Shown in pieces: positions 8,898 to 18,792 of a stretch of DNA of 40,279 nucleotides. Each line of letters begins with the position of its first letter. Position 1 is the first letter of the stretch. A model generated the notes under the pieces. That model worked only from the letters and a program-made list of their open reading frames with translations, did no database searches and was not told the origin of the DNA. The stretch lies in IMG/VR virus record IMGVR_UViG_3300028584_001240. One strand, 5' to 3'. The position numbers and the translations under genes were made by a program. The stretch is from a virus (taxonomy: Duplodnaviria > Heunggongvirae > Uroviricota > Caudoviricetes).

Positions 8898-9827
8898 ATG
8901 TTTAATACCTATCCGAACCACCCAGAAGCCAACCATCTAGTCACTCTGTTTTCAGGCGTGTTTAATTTTGTGGAATTTGATGTAAAGGTTAATTCTAATA
9001 CCGATATGTGTTTTTGTTCTAGCGTCTATACAGCAATAACCGATGATAATTGGGCTTTAATTCTCACATTTTATAACAATAAGAATTCAAAAGAAGATCA
9101 AAAAGTCTATTATCCAGAAATTAAATTTAGACAACTGGGCGAACGTGTTCGTAATTTTGACGAAGAACAACATAAAGAAAGAAGATTAAAAAATAAAGCA
9201 ATTGCTGACTTTTTGCAAAAGAAATATAACCCAGATTTTGAAAGAATGATTAAAGTTCTTAAACTATTCGTTGAAAAAGGAATTGAATGTACTTTATTTA
9301 AAAGTCTTGCAGATAGAAAATATAAAAAAGTGATGAAAACTCACCTTAACATAAATCATTATTCTGGAACTATTACTATAGCTGACAGTAACTTTGGTAC
9401 TGTGACTTTTAACAATATCCTACAAAAAGGAGAGAAGGGTTATCGCGGCGAAACTCATTTCAAGAAATCCTACATTAGTGTATCTATTGACTTTCTTGCT
9501 CACTCAGATAACACAATGCACCCTTATTTCAAAATAAGATTACCGTATTCAGAGTCTAGAAAAGCAACCTGTGTAATTCCATTGACAGGAAAGGCTATTG
9601 TCTACTTCATGGCAAACGATGACAAATTGAAAAGAGAATGCATTGATACGTTGCCTTCAATTTCAATGGATGAAACAGATTTAAAAGATTTTTTTGACAA
9701 AGAGTTTTACAAAGAAATGAAAACGGCTATTTCTAAAACACTGAAAATTAATAAGTCAGATATGGATGGAATAACACCAGAAGAATTGAAAGAGTATTTT
9801 GTGCTTGTTGAAATGTTAAAAATATAA
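8898..9827 (+). CDS. Paralog family A, copy 5
   Basis: Same motifs; tail ELKEYFVLVEMLKI. Confidence 0.85.
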   Translation: MFNTYPNHPEANHLVTLFSGVFNFVEFDVKVNSNTDMCFCSSVYTAITDDNWALILTFYNNKNSKEDQKVYYPEIKFRQLGERVRNFDEEQHKERRLKNKAIADFLQKKYNPDFERMIKVLKLFVEKGIECTLFKSLADRKYKKVMKTHLNINHYSGTITIADSNFGTVTFNNILQKGEKGYRGETHFKKSYISVSIDFLAHSDNTMHPYFKIRLPYSESRKATCVIPLTGKAIVYFMANDDKLKRECIDTLPSISMDETDLKDFFDKEFYKEMKTAISKTLKINKSDMDGITPEELKEYFVLVEMLKI

Positions 9828-9851
9828 AAATGAACTACTTTGGAGATTGTT

Positions 9852-10775
9852 ATGTTTAAGAAATATAAAAACTATGAAGATGCTAACACTATACTCAAAT
9901 TATTTGAACCTTTATGTAACTATGTAAAATATGAAGAAGAATATTACGATGGTTATAGTGGGTATTCCTCGGAAAAATACATAGCACATATACAAGACAA
10001 TTGGAGTTTAGTCACACAATTTTATGGAAAACATCAAAATCATACAATAAAAAAACACTTTTATCCTTATGTCACATTCGAAAAAGATATGAAATCAAAA
10101 ATGTCATATTTTAATAAGGATGCTGTAGCTGAAAGGCATCAAAAAAGCAAAGAGGTTGCGGAATTCCTTCAAAATCTATATACACCTGATTTCGATAAAG
10201 TCTTCGATGTTCTTGATCTTTTTATTGAACAAGGGCTTAATTCTGGAATGTTTAAGTCCGTTAATGTAAAGAGATACAAAAGACACATGACTTCTCATAT
10301 GCATATCAACCATTATCATGGGTCAATTTGCTTGTGGGATAAAAACTATTCCAGTATCACCTTTAACAATGTTCTGCAAAAAGGTGCTGGTAAAAATGGA
10401 ACACATTTCAAAAAATCATTCATCAGCTTAGGTGTCGTTCATTTAGTGGATTCAAACAATGATGTGAAAGCTTACTTCAAAATTAAATTATCCATGTCAG
10501 CCAACAATAAAAACACATATGTTATTCCAATCAGCGGTCAGGACATCATGTATTTGGTGGGTGATGAAGATTCATTAAGAGATACGCCTATTGATAAAAT
10601 ACTATCAATGCCCATAAAAAAAGAAGCGTTAACAGCCTATTTCAAGATAGAAATTGAAGATGAAATAAAAAAAACTATTTCTAGAACATTAAAAATAAAG
10701 AAAACAGAGTTAAATAATTTGTCACCAGATGAATTGAAGGATTATTTTGTACTTGTTGAAATGATTAAAATATAA
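9852..10775 (+). CDS. Paralog family A, copy 6
   Basis: Same motifs; tail ELKDYFVLVEMIKI. Confidence 0.85.
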   Translation: MFKKYKNYEDANTILKLFEPLCNYVKYEEEYYDGYSGYSSEKYIAHIQDNWSLVTQFYGKHQNHTIKKHFYPYVTFEKDMKSKMSYFNKDAVAERHQKSKEVAEFLQNLYTPDFDKVFDVLDLFIEQGLNSGMFKSVNVKRYKRHMTSHMHINHYHGSICLWDKNYSSITFNNVLQKGAGKNGTHFKKSFISLGVVHLVDSNNDVKAYFKIKLSMSANNKNTYVIPISGQDIMYLVGDEDSLRDTPIDKILSMPIKKEALTAYFKIEIEDEIKKTISRTLKIKKTELNNLSPDELKDYFVLVEMIKI

Positions 10776-10832
10776 AATAATGGCTTGTTACATAATTTTA
10801 TGATACAATAAATCATTATTTTGGAGCAGATT

Positions 10833-11735
10833 ATGTTTAAAAAAATGTTAAATAGAACAGAAGTTAACTATTTTGTTAAATCAATGTCACCCACACTTAA
10901 ATTTAATGAGTTTTTTGAAGAAAAACAAGAATCATACAGCAATTTAGGAAATCCTCTTTATACCGCTATCACCGATGATAACAATTGGCGAATGGATATT
11001 ACATTTAATAACAGATTAACCAGCACGCAAGAAAAAAAACATTATCACCCTGAAATTACTTTTAAATCAAATGTAATTGCTATGGGATCAATTGTGAAAC
11101 AAAAAAGAAATGCGTTGGTAATTCATTTTCAAAACGCCTATAACCCTGATTTTGATAATGCATTAAATATTATTGATATATTTATCAATAAAGGACTTGA
11201 TTATGGTTTAATTAATAATGTTGAATTCAAAAAATATACAAAACATATTAGCACTCATTTTGTGACTGACAATAATGATAGTTATATAAGATTCAAAGGA
11301 AAAAATTTAGTTACTGTGGGATTCAATACGTTGCTTCAAAAAGGAACAGGATCTCAAAACAATTATTTTAAGACATCTTATATCAATATCGACATCATTC
11401 ATTTAGTTGAACCTGATGAGACAATTAAACCTTACTTTAAAATCATGCTGCCTTACACTTCAAACAATAAACTTACCTGCATCATAGCAATCAATAACCC
11501 AGAAAAAATGTATATTACTGCCAATGATATCCCATTGAATAACAATTTTTTACGAAAATTGAACAGTGTAGACATGAATAAGAAAGCATTAGAAGATTTT
11601 TTCGAAAATCAATTTAAACATGAAGTCAAAAATGCAATTTGTGAAATATTACAAATGAGACAGTCAGACTTATATGATATGGAAAAAGAAGATTTAAAAG
11701 AATACTTTGTGTTAGTTGAAATGGTCAAAATCTAA
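10833..11735 (+). CDS. Paralog family A, copy 7
   Basis: Same motifs; tail DLKEYFVLVEMVKI. Confidence 0.85.
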   Translation: MFKKMLNRTEVNYFVKSMSPTLKFNEFFEEKQESYSNLGNPLYTAITDDNNWRMDITFNNRLTSTQEKKHYHPEITFKSNVIAMGSIVKQKRNALVIHFQNAYNPDFDNALNIIDIFINKGLDYGLINNVEFKKYTKHISTHFVTDNNDSYIRFKGKNLVTVGFNTLLQKGTGSQNNYFKTSYINIDIIHLVEPDETIKPYFKIMLPYTSNNKLTCIIAINNPEKMYITANDIPLNNNFLRKLNSVDMNKKALEDFFENQFKHEVKNAICEILQMRQSDLYDMEKEDLKEYFVLVEMVKI

Positions 11736-11821
11736 TCAATGCCTTAAATATTTTGAAATTTCAATGTATTTTCGGTTGCCAATATGTTATAATTCGCTAA
11801 TTAAAATATGAGGACGCTTTA

Positions 11822-12508
11822 ATGAAAAATTGTGCTATTACTGGAAAACATTTCTATGATGAGAATCTTGCTATCTTGATTCCTATCTTAATTAAGAAAC
11901 ACCAAGTAGAATCGTTTACAACTAATGATAATGTCATGCCATTTCCGATTGCTGTTCCTATTAAATATGGCTATGAAGACTTTATTTTTACTGATGAGCC
12001 TAAATGCAATATCATGCTGAGCATGGTGTCTGATATTATGGGTCGTGATGTGGATATTAATGGTTTTACCGGAATGCGTGGAAAGGAAAAAGAAGTCGTA
12101 TACAGTGATAAAGAATGTTACCTCGATTATTTCATCTGTCATGAAACAACATTCAATATGATCATGAATGACTTTAAAATGAATACTCGATACAATGAGA
12201 ATAAATCAGATTCTGGTTTTGAGGCTTTTAAAGTAGGATTCACCAATTACATCAACACCAATTCTATTTCACAATTGATGCGGAAAAACAATCCAGCTAT
12301 GCCACTAAGCGAAATCTTACCAGTGGATATTGCATCAGGTTATGTTATTCCATCAAACTTTGATGAATCGCATATTGAACATTTGGCTGAAATTCGTTTT
12401 ATCAATTATTTTTTGAATATGGTTGGTAAAGAATGGAAAAAATCAATGTCCGTTCCCTACCTTGAAGATTGTGAAGACGCCTTCACACTATTGAAAGACA
12501 TGTCATAA
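11822..12508 (+). CDS. Hypothetical protein (intact counterpart of the 4605-4737 remnant)
   Basis: 228-aa ORF with TGTTATAAT promoter (11785-11793), GAGG SD and downstream terminator. Confidence 0.8.
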   Translation: MKNCAITGKHFYDENLAILIPILIKKHQVESFTTNDNVMPFPIAVPIKYGYEDFIFTDEPKCNIMLSMVSDIMGRDVDINGFTGMRGKEKEVVYSDKECYLDYFICHETTFNMIMNDFKMNTRYNENKSDSGFEAFKVGFTNYINTNSISQLMRKNNPAMPLSEILPVDIASGYVIPSNFDESHIEHLAEIRFINYFLNMVGKEWKKSMSVPYLEDCEDAFTLLKDMS

Positions 12509-12528
12509 ACAAGAGTCTCATAATAAAG

Positions 12529-12552
12529 AAGTCCTCTTGTGAGGACTTTTTT
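12529..12552 (+). terminator. Intrinsic terminator
   Basis: AAGTCCTC-TTGT-GAGGACTT plus T-run. Confidence 0.85.
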
Positions 12553-12640
12553 ATCGTTTGCTTATAATAATTCTTGATATAAACACTAGGTTTATGTTAT
12601 AATAGACATCTTTTTACAACAAACTATGGAGAGTAATTGC

Positions 12641-13060
12641 ATGAGTAGACATCATTCATTTGTTAAAATAAATCAAGCCATTCTAGAGATAGAAAATACC
12701 ATTAAATTTAGTAGCTTTTGTGATTTTCAAGACATTGAATGTGTTTTGGTATCCTTGAAAAAGAAACTAAAAAACCAAGACCTATCGGAATCCGAAGCAT
12801 TGCTAACGAAAATGGCGATTGAAGCCTATGTTGAGCAGTTGGATAAGAATAACTATCACCTACTCGTAACAGGCGATGTATTCAGTGCTTTAACACTGGT
12901 GGAGACTATTTTCCTTAAAGACAGCTTCAAGAAAATGAACCCAGACATTGATGTTGACTTTCCAGCTTTCTCGTTGGATGAAAGTTTTTACAAAAACGTT
13001 GCCATTATTGCAATCCCAGAAAGAATTATTGACAATAACCGTTTGAGAAAAGTCAGTTAA
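12641..13060 (+). CDS. Hypothetical protein
   Basis: TTGATA-18-TATAAT promoter (12574-12603) with TG; GGAG 9 nt before ATG 12641. Confidence 0.7.
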   Translation: MSRHHSFVKINQAILEIENTIKFSSFCDFQDIECVLVSLKKKLKNQDLSESEALLTKMAIEAYVEQLDKNNYHLLVTGDVFSALTLVETIFLKDSFKKMNPDIDVDFPAFSLDESFYKNVAIIAIPERIIDNNRLRKVS

Positions 13061-13134
13061 TCATTCATAATTCAATATTAATTGTAAACGCAGGCTAATT
13101 ATGGTATAATTGGCCCTCAATTAGAGGATTAACC

Positions 13135-13821
13135 ATGTCAACCATATCTCAATCCACCACTTTATCAACTGGACAATTTATGTCTTATAAAGAAGAAGTT
13201 CCCGAGTTAGATTGGAAAGCACTGGATATCTCTGCTGAAAATATGACCAAGATGGTAAAGTGTAAAAATTTTTTGGAAAACTTCAAAAATTCAGCATTTG
13301 GTTACTATTTCAATGAATCGTTTTATGATCAATCACAAGGTAAATCACGTTTTGAAAATATTGCCTATGTGTATGGATTTACTATGTTGATTGCGTTTAA
13401 ATGGACAGATATTAACTTTGATAATGCTAATAACCCAATGGCTATCTATGCCCGTCAATATGAAGAAATTGCAGACATTGAAGAACTCACTTTTATTTTT
13501 GAATGTGCCTTTAATGACGCTAATTTAACACAAGTTAAAAGTAATGAAGATGTTTATATTGAAATTAATCGTTCTGTCACTACAGGAGACAGATCAAGCA
13601 GGGCTGCTGATGTTCATGACATTGATAAATTAAACAAAAGGTTGTGGAATTCACCAGACTATTGCACAAATATTAGAGAACGAGTCATTTATTTTATTTT
13701 CGAAGATGATTATATTGTTAAAAAATACAATATGGACCTTGAAACCGTTGTTAAAGATTACAATGAAACTCAAAAAATCATCAAAGATTTTCAACTCGTT
13801 GACGAAATGCAAAAAATTTAA
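13135..13821 (+). CDS. Hypothetical protein with family-A-like C-terminal tail
   Basis: TTGTAA-17-TATAAT promoter (13082-13110) and GAGG SD; ends IIKDFQLVDEMQKI. Confidence 0.78.
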   Translation: MSTISQSTTLSTGQFMSYKEEVPELDWKALDISAENMTKMVKCKNFLENFKNSAFGYYFNESFYDQSQGKSRFENIAYVYGFTMLIAFKWTDINFDNANNPMAIYARQYEEIADIEELTFIFECAFNDANLTQVKSNEDVYIEINRSVTTGDRSSRAADVHDIDKLNKRLWNSPDYCTNIRERVIYFIFEDDYIVKKYNMDLETVVKDYNETQKIIKDFQLVDEMQKI

Positions 13822-13857
13822 TAAACAGTTCAATTATAATCAATAAAGGATAGTAAT

Positions 13858-14748
13858 ATGTCTACTAGTTTTTCAAATAATAGAGCGGTTAACAACCTAT
13901 TTAAAACATTTAGTAAACATTTTACTTTTACTGATGTGAAAGAATCTCTAATAAAAGACAGGTTCAACTATATTCTGAGAAATGTTTATACCTCTACATC
14001 ATCCGATTCTTATGTCACTGCCCAAGTCATATTCGAGCCACAAGAAAAAACAAAAGATCTGGATAAAAATTATCTAGGTAGGTTAGTTTTTAATACTCCA
14101 TACATGATGAAAGAAGAATACATCAATATTGGTTCAATCATTGAAACAATGTACCAGCCAGATTTTAATAAAATTATCAATGTGATTGATTGGTTTATTG
14201 ATGAAGGCACAAAAACTGAAATTATAAAAATAACTGATAAAAAAGAATATTCTGAAAATATAGAAAATCACCTGCATGCTAATTTTCATACATTTAATAT
14301 TAGCACTACAAGCAAAAATGTTGCTATGATTTATTTTAATAATATCCTGCAAAAAGGAGCAGGGCACAGAGATAAACATTTTAAGAAATCTTACATTAAT
14401 ATTGATCTCATTTATTTAGTGCATTCAGACAACACAATGCATCCTTACTTTAAAATTCGGTTACCTTACTTTGACAACAAAAAAATTAGTTGTGTCACGC
14501 CTATTGGAAGAAGCAATAAAATGTATATCTATACAGATGATAAAACGTTAACAACACAACATATTAATCAAGAAAAATACTGTGATTTAAATGAAACTGA
14601 TATACGACACTACTTTAATAACTTATTTTCAAATCAAATTATAAATGTATTATCAAATCGGTTAAAGATCAGTAAAAAAGAATTGGAATCATTATCGGTT
14701 AATGAATTGAAAGAATATTTTTTGCTTGTTGAAATGGTGAAAATATGA
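13858..14748 (+). CDS. Paralog family A, copy 8 (detached from the array)
   Basis: FNNILQKG, FKKSYINIDLIYLVHSDNTMHPYFKIRLPY; tail ELKEYFLLVEMVKI. Its core is near-identical to copy 1. Confidence 0.85.
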   Translation: MSTSFSNNRAVNNLFKTFSKHFTFTDVKESLIKDRFNYILRNVYTSTSSDSYVTAQVIFEPQEKTKDLDKNYLGRLVFNTPYMMKEEYINIGSIIETMYQPDFNKIINVIDWFIDEGTKTEIIKITDKKEYSENIENHLHANFHTFNISTTSKNVAMIYFNNILQKGAGHRDKHFKKSYINIDLIYLVHSDNTMHPYFKIRLPYFDNKKISCVTPIGRSNKMYIYTDDKTLTTQHINQEKYCDLNETDIRHYFNNLFSNQIINVLSNRLKISKKELESLSVNELKEYFLLVEMVKI

Positions 14749-14795
14749 TAAAATGCAGCTACTTTTAATGCTCAATTAATATAGGAACACACTCT

Positions 14796-15953
14796 ATGAC
14801 TACCCCAAAACGAGTAACAACCGACGATCTAATCTTTAAACTATCAGAAGTGCTTTTTTCACCAGAAGCCGAACAGTTAATTCAAGTTATCAATAAATTC
14901 GAAGCGAATGCTAATTTCAACCTTGACTGCACAATGGAAGAATACCGCAAAATGACAGATGCAGAACAAACTGCTATCTTTGCTAAAATTGAACAAGATA
15001 CAAAAGGTAAAAACAAAGAAGGTAAAGTTGAATTCACTTTGGATGGTGAACGTTATGAGTTGCGTCATAATACTCAAGATAACCGTATCTACCTGTCTCA
15101 TTACAAAACAGAGCCTGTATTTGAAATTCAAGACATCTTGAAGAACAACGTATCAAAAGACCTTACTACCTTTAAAAAGGATCTTACTAAGATTAGTGAA
15201 GTCTGCGACCTTAACCAGTTTGTAACTCCACGAGTTGATCGTCTTGACCCATTTTATAACAATATTATTGCAAGCCGCACATTCCAGTCCGTCAGCATCT
15301 ATTTGAGTGACGAAACATTAAAGGTAATGGTAAAACTAAAATCATTGTTCACACCAGAAGAACAATCAACGATTGAATCATTGCTCACTACTAAATTTGC
15401 TATTCATACACAACGGTTTGATGATGAACTTATTCAATTTTTTGTTAAGTGGATTCCAAAACTGAGAGATGGAAACTATACTGAAGACAATCAACTGGAA
15501 TTCAATGACTTGGATAACCATGCGTATTGTGTAAACAATGAAAAATGCTTAATGATTGTTCAAGAATCACAAAACACTATCTTTGCGTATGTGTTCAATA
15601 AAGAGAACTCTCAAATTAAAGTGTGGAATTGTGCTCAGATTTCTTCAGGTAATCTGGATTATGAAATGAACCATTATGAGACGTATCTCGACTTGATGAA
15701 AAAAATGGGTAATCCATACAGTTATTATAACTTTCCTATTGAAATGAAAGGGATTAGTTACCCTAAATCAGCTAATTACTATATGGATAATTTTGAGGAT
15801 GAAAGTGAATTTCTCGTCTTTGACTCATTCAAAGGATTTAGAGTAAACACTTATTTCTCTGACTGCATGGCAACGGATGTTCCGTTACTGCTTAGTGTGG
15901 TCGCTTATCTTGATAAAGAGAACGAAGAAGATGAAGAAGAAGTCGATGATTAA
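14796..15953 (+). CDS. Hypothetical protein with acidic C-terminus
   Basis: 385-aa ORF with AGGA SD; ends ENEEDEEEVDD; terminator follows. Confidence 0.8.
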   Translation: MTTPKRVTTDDLIFKLSEVLFSPEAEQLIQVINKFEANANFNLDCTMEEYRKMTDAEQTAIFAKIEQDTKGKNKEGKVEFTLDGERYELRHNTQDNRIYLSHYKTEPVFEIQDILKNNVSKDLTTFKKDLTKISEVCDLNQFVTPRVDRLDPFYNNIIASRTFQSVSIYLSDETLKVMVKLKSLFTPEEQSTIESLLTTKFAIHTQRFDDELIQFFVKWIPKLRDGNYTEDNQLEFNDLDNHAYCVNNEKCLMIVQESQNTIFAYVFNKENSQIKVWNCAQISSGNLDYEMNHYETYLDLMKKMGNPYSYYNFPIEMKGISYPKSANYYMDNFEDESEFLVFDSFKGFRVNTYFSDCMATDVPLLLSVVAYLDKENEEDEEEVDD

Positions 15954-15965
15954 TCGGTGACAAAG

Positions 15966-15993
15966 AAAAAGCTCCTAGAAAGGAGCTTTTTTT
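15966..15993. terminator. Bidirectional intrinsic terminator between convergent genes
   Basis: AAAAAGCTCCT-AGAA-AGGAGCTTTTT. Confidence 0.85.
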
Positions 15994-16008
15994 ATAACTT
16001 AAATTTGA

Positions 16009-16410
16009 TTAAAACCAACTAATCACGTTGTAAACTTTTGGTTCACTGATTTCAATCCCTTCCACTGAGTTTTTTAGAACAGTGCTGAGGTCATGAACAA
16101 GTGTCAAGAAGTCAGTAACAGGCTTGCCTTGAACATAAGGGATACCAAAGCCAAAGTACCAAGAACCACTTTCGTCACCATCAGCACCCGCCACGATTTC
16201 AATTTCATGTTCTTGGCAAAGGGCTTTCAGTTCTTTACTCATCGACTTAGTAAAAAGATGTGAGTAGTCTTCACTCAAAATATTAGGCAAGTCATCAGTG
16301 TCGTGTTCAATCTCGAATTTACGAGCAATTGGATACAGTTTTTCTGTCAAGCTTTCTGAATCATTTTTCTGCCAACCAATAACCAATACTGCACTGCGTT
16401 CTGTAGACAT
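16009..16410 (-). CDS. Hypothetical protein
   Basis: AGGAG SD before ATG 16410 (MSTERSAVLVIGW); TTGCAT-17-TATAAT promoter with TG at 16439-16467. Confidence 0.78.
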   Translation of the reverse strand: MSTERSAVLVIGWQKNDSESLTEKLYPIARKFEIEHDTDDLPNILSEDYSHLFTKSMSKELKALCQEHEIEIVAGADGDESGSWYFGFGIPYVQGKPVTDFLTLVHDLSTVLKNSVEGIEISEPKVYNVISWF

Positions 16411-16468
16411 GGGATTAATCTCCTGAGATAAGGTAGATATTATACCATAAAAACTGATTAAATGCAAT

Positions 16469-16825
16469 TTAAGGAAATAGTGGATAAGGTATAGGTTGAA
16501 AAATAACGACACTTAACATACATAAACAAATCATCACAAATAACAAAAGAGACTCACCAGAATCAAATGACCCAGTATGCACATGTCGTTCTTGCGAAGT
16601 TACCATTGAAAACAAAACACCAATGAAAAATAACAACCAAACAGTACACTTAAGTTTTAAATACAACACTGAAAAGAGTGGTTCCCCCATACTAACACTG
16701 TCAGGTGTTAAAATCTCAAAGAAGACTAAACCCGTAAGCGATAACGACAAAAATAAGAGAATAGAGTAAATAACCATCATTATTTTATAGGTAGTCTTTA
16801 ACATGGGCTTAATATTTTTAATCAT
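16469..16825 (-). CDS. Hypothetical multi-pass membrane protein
   Basis: Three hydrophobic segments in 118 aa. Confidence 0.6.
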   Translation of the reverse strand: MIKNIKPMLKTTYKIMMVIYSILLFLSLSLTGLVFFEILTPDSVSMGEPLFSVLYLKLKCTVWLLFFIGVLFSMVTSQERHVHTGSFDSGESLLLFVMICLCMLSVVIFQPIPYPLFP

Positions 16826-16969
16826 AATAGTAAATTCTTTATTGTTGATTATCTAATAGTAGTAGATATTTTCAAATGTTCAAGCGAGTGATTAAAAGAC
16901 AAATCATTATAATAATATTGATTTTAAATCATCAATAAGGTATAATTAGCCTTCAAAAAGGTGTCGTAA

Positions 16970-17344
16970 ATGAATATTCAAAAAATTAAAGATGTGAACG
17001 ATCTTATTGCTGCAATTAAGCCTATCCATGATCTTGATAAATCACCTATTCAGTATAAATGGGTCATCGGTGGAGTAGGTGGTAGCCATGCAGATTATTC
17101 AGATGATCAATTTGAAATCGAAGATGAAGGCGATCCAGAAAGTGAGATCTTTGGAGAAATCCTTGAAGAAGTAGCACCCACTATTAATAATAGCCAATAT
17201 CAAAATTTAATTAAACCCGGTTTATGGGATGAAAGAAAAGGAACAGATTTTGGTCAACATGGTGATTATACCGATTACATTGAAAAAACCTTAAATGTAG
17301 ATATTCTTTTGGAAAGATTAACAGAGATATATACACCAAAATAA
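16970..17344 (+). CDS. Hypothetical acidic protein
   Basis: TTGATT-17-TATAAT promoter (16918-16946) and AAGG SD. Confidence 0.75.
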   Translation: MNIQKIKDVNDLIAAIKPIHDLDKSPIQYKWVIGGVGGSHADYSDDQFEIEDEGDPESEIFGEILEEVAPTINNSQYQNLIKPGLWDERKGTDFGQHGDYTDYIEKTLNVDILLERLTEIYTPK

Positions 17345-17348
17345 TCCA

Positions 17349-18251
17349 TTATTGGTCGATAATTAATGTGTGGACTTTCAGATCCTCACAAATTTCTATC
17401 ATGGTTAAAGATCCTTGTTTGTTTTTCTTCATTCCATACACAGCACCTGTATCTATAAAGAACTGATTACCCAACAGTAATGGTTTCTTAACAGGTGTGT
17501 GTCCATGAAAGGTATAGGCTATATTGTCGATATAACTTTGTGGATGTAATTTTCGTTTAAATTTTTCGATGATGTATCTAAATGAGAATGATATCCCATG
17601 CTTGATGTAAGGTAATGTTTTTCTAGTCGTAATGATTCTGTATAAGGTCGTTCTATTCCATAAGCCATCTTTAATAAATTTAATGTAGGCTTTTCTCGCA
17701 AAAGCGATACCATTCTTTTTTAATTCTCTATAAATACGCTTTCTCCCCCATAACGCATCTCTAATCACACTACCAGAATCAGTAATAGAACTCATTTCAT
17801 ATGATAGGTTAGCTGCAGTGAGATAGTGTTTGAACGCATTCCAGTCATTGAACTGGGTAGGGACTTGGGCATGAACCAATCCAATAGGGCCAAGACTGGT
17901 TTCTATTTCAATAGCAATAGGTAAGGTTTTAATAATATCCAGACATTTTTCTTTTTGTTTCTTGCTTAAATGAGTTACCCAATCTTTTGAATACGATAAA
18001 TGACCAGTGAGCAACATGGTTTCATGATTACCCAATACAGCGAAAAACCAACTCTGGTTATTAAGATAAAGCACTTCCAGTGATTTTGGGCCACGATCTA
18101 TTAAATCACCAACAGAAAATAATCTATCAATGTTTTTATCGAAGTTTACGGATTCGAGAAGTTTCATTAAGGCGTCATACATACCATGTATATCACCCAC
18201 AATGAAGTCTCTGCCTTTTTCATTTTTTGCAAATGATTGTAATTGATACAT
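17349..18251 (-). CDS. Calcineurin-like metallophosphoesterase, PphA/lambda Ser/Thr protein phosphatase type
   Basis: Motifs VGDIHG, VGDLIDRGP, LGNHE, HGHTP, IDTGA; basic ~70-aa insertion. Confidence 0.88.
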   Translation of the reverse strand: MYQLQSFAKNEKGRDFIVGDIHGMYDALMKLLESVNFDKNIDRLFSVGDLIDRGPKSLEVLYLNNQSWFFAVLGNHETMLLTGHLSYSKDWVTHLSKKQKEKCLDIIKTLPIAIEIETSLGPIGLVHAQVPTQFNDWNAFKHYLTAANLSYEMSSITDSGSVIRDALWGRKRIYRELKKNGIAFARKAYIKFIKDGLWNRTTLYRIITTRKTLPYIKHGISFSFRYIIEKFKRKLHPQSYIDNIAYTFHGHTPVKKPLLLGNQFFIDTGAVYGMKKNKQGSLTMIEICEDLKVHTLIIDQ

Positions 18252-18377
18252 TAAACAAACCTTTTCTAGTTTATTTTAATATCTTATGATATTTTTAAGG
18301 ATTGGTCTACAAGAATGTTTTGAATTAATAAGATTTGAGAGAATTTAAAACAAAAAAGAACAACATCGTGTTGTTCT

Positions 18378-18776
18378 TTAAACTTTTGAAGTGATCTTTT
18401 GCTGATTACCCATGAAATTTTTCAAAGTGTTATTGACGTTTACGGTTCTTCGACCATCAAGGTCTTTAGAGTTATAAACATAATAATTACCATCACCATC
18501 TAAAATAAAGATTTCATCAACTTTTTTAGCGTCAATTTTTTTGACAACTTTATTCCAAGATTGATTACCACCAGTAGTGCCTAGTGCAACTTTGTAAGAT
18601 TTTTCATTATCTTTATAACGAGAGCTTTTACACTCCACTTTCTTTAAAACACCATCGGTATCAACAATTAAATCATAATAAGGAGAATGAGTTAAAGGCT
18701 TACTGACAATACATCCTAGTGATGTATAATAAAAGGTTGCAAACGATTCACATGTGTCACCTTGCTCTTTATTCAT
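18378..18776 (-). CDS. PD-(D/E)XK endonuclease resembling group I intron-associated homing endonucleases (I-Ssp6803I type), free-standing
   Basis: QGDTCE...G.IVSKP....YDLIVD......VECKS pattern; GAGG SD before ATG 18776. Confidence 0.72.
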   Translation of the reverse strand: MNKEQGDTCESFATFYYTSLGCIVSKPLTHSPYYDLIVDTDGVLKKVECKSSRYKDNEKSYKVALGTTGGNQSWNKVVKKIDAKKVDEIFILDGDGNYYVYNSKDLDGRRTVNVNNTLKNFMGNQQKITSKV

Positions 18777-18792
18777 AGGCACCTCTATAAGA

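Noticed and set aside
4845-10832. TTG/GTG starts of family A given in the ORF track (MEx..)
   Set aside because: The TTGGAG is the Shine-Dalgarno; aligned starts (MFxK) lie 12 nt downstream.
4857-11735. Diversity-generating retroelement or invertible shufflon behind the paralog array
   Set aside because: There is no reverse transcriptase, no near-identical template/variable repeat pair with adenine-specific changes, no recombinase and no inverted crossover sites. All copies are co-oriented and broadly diverged.
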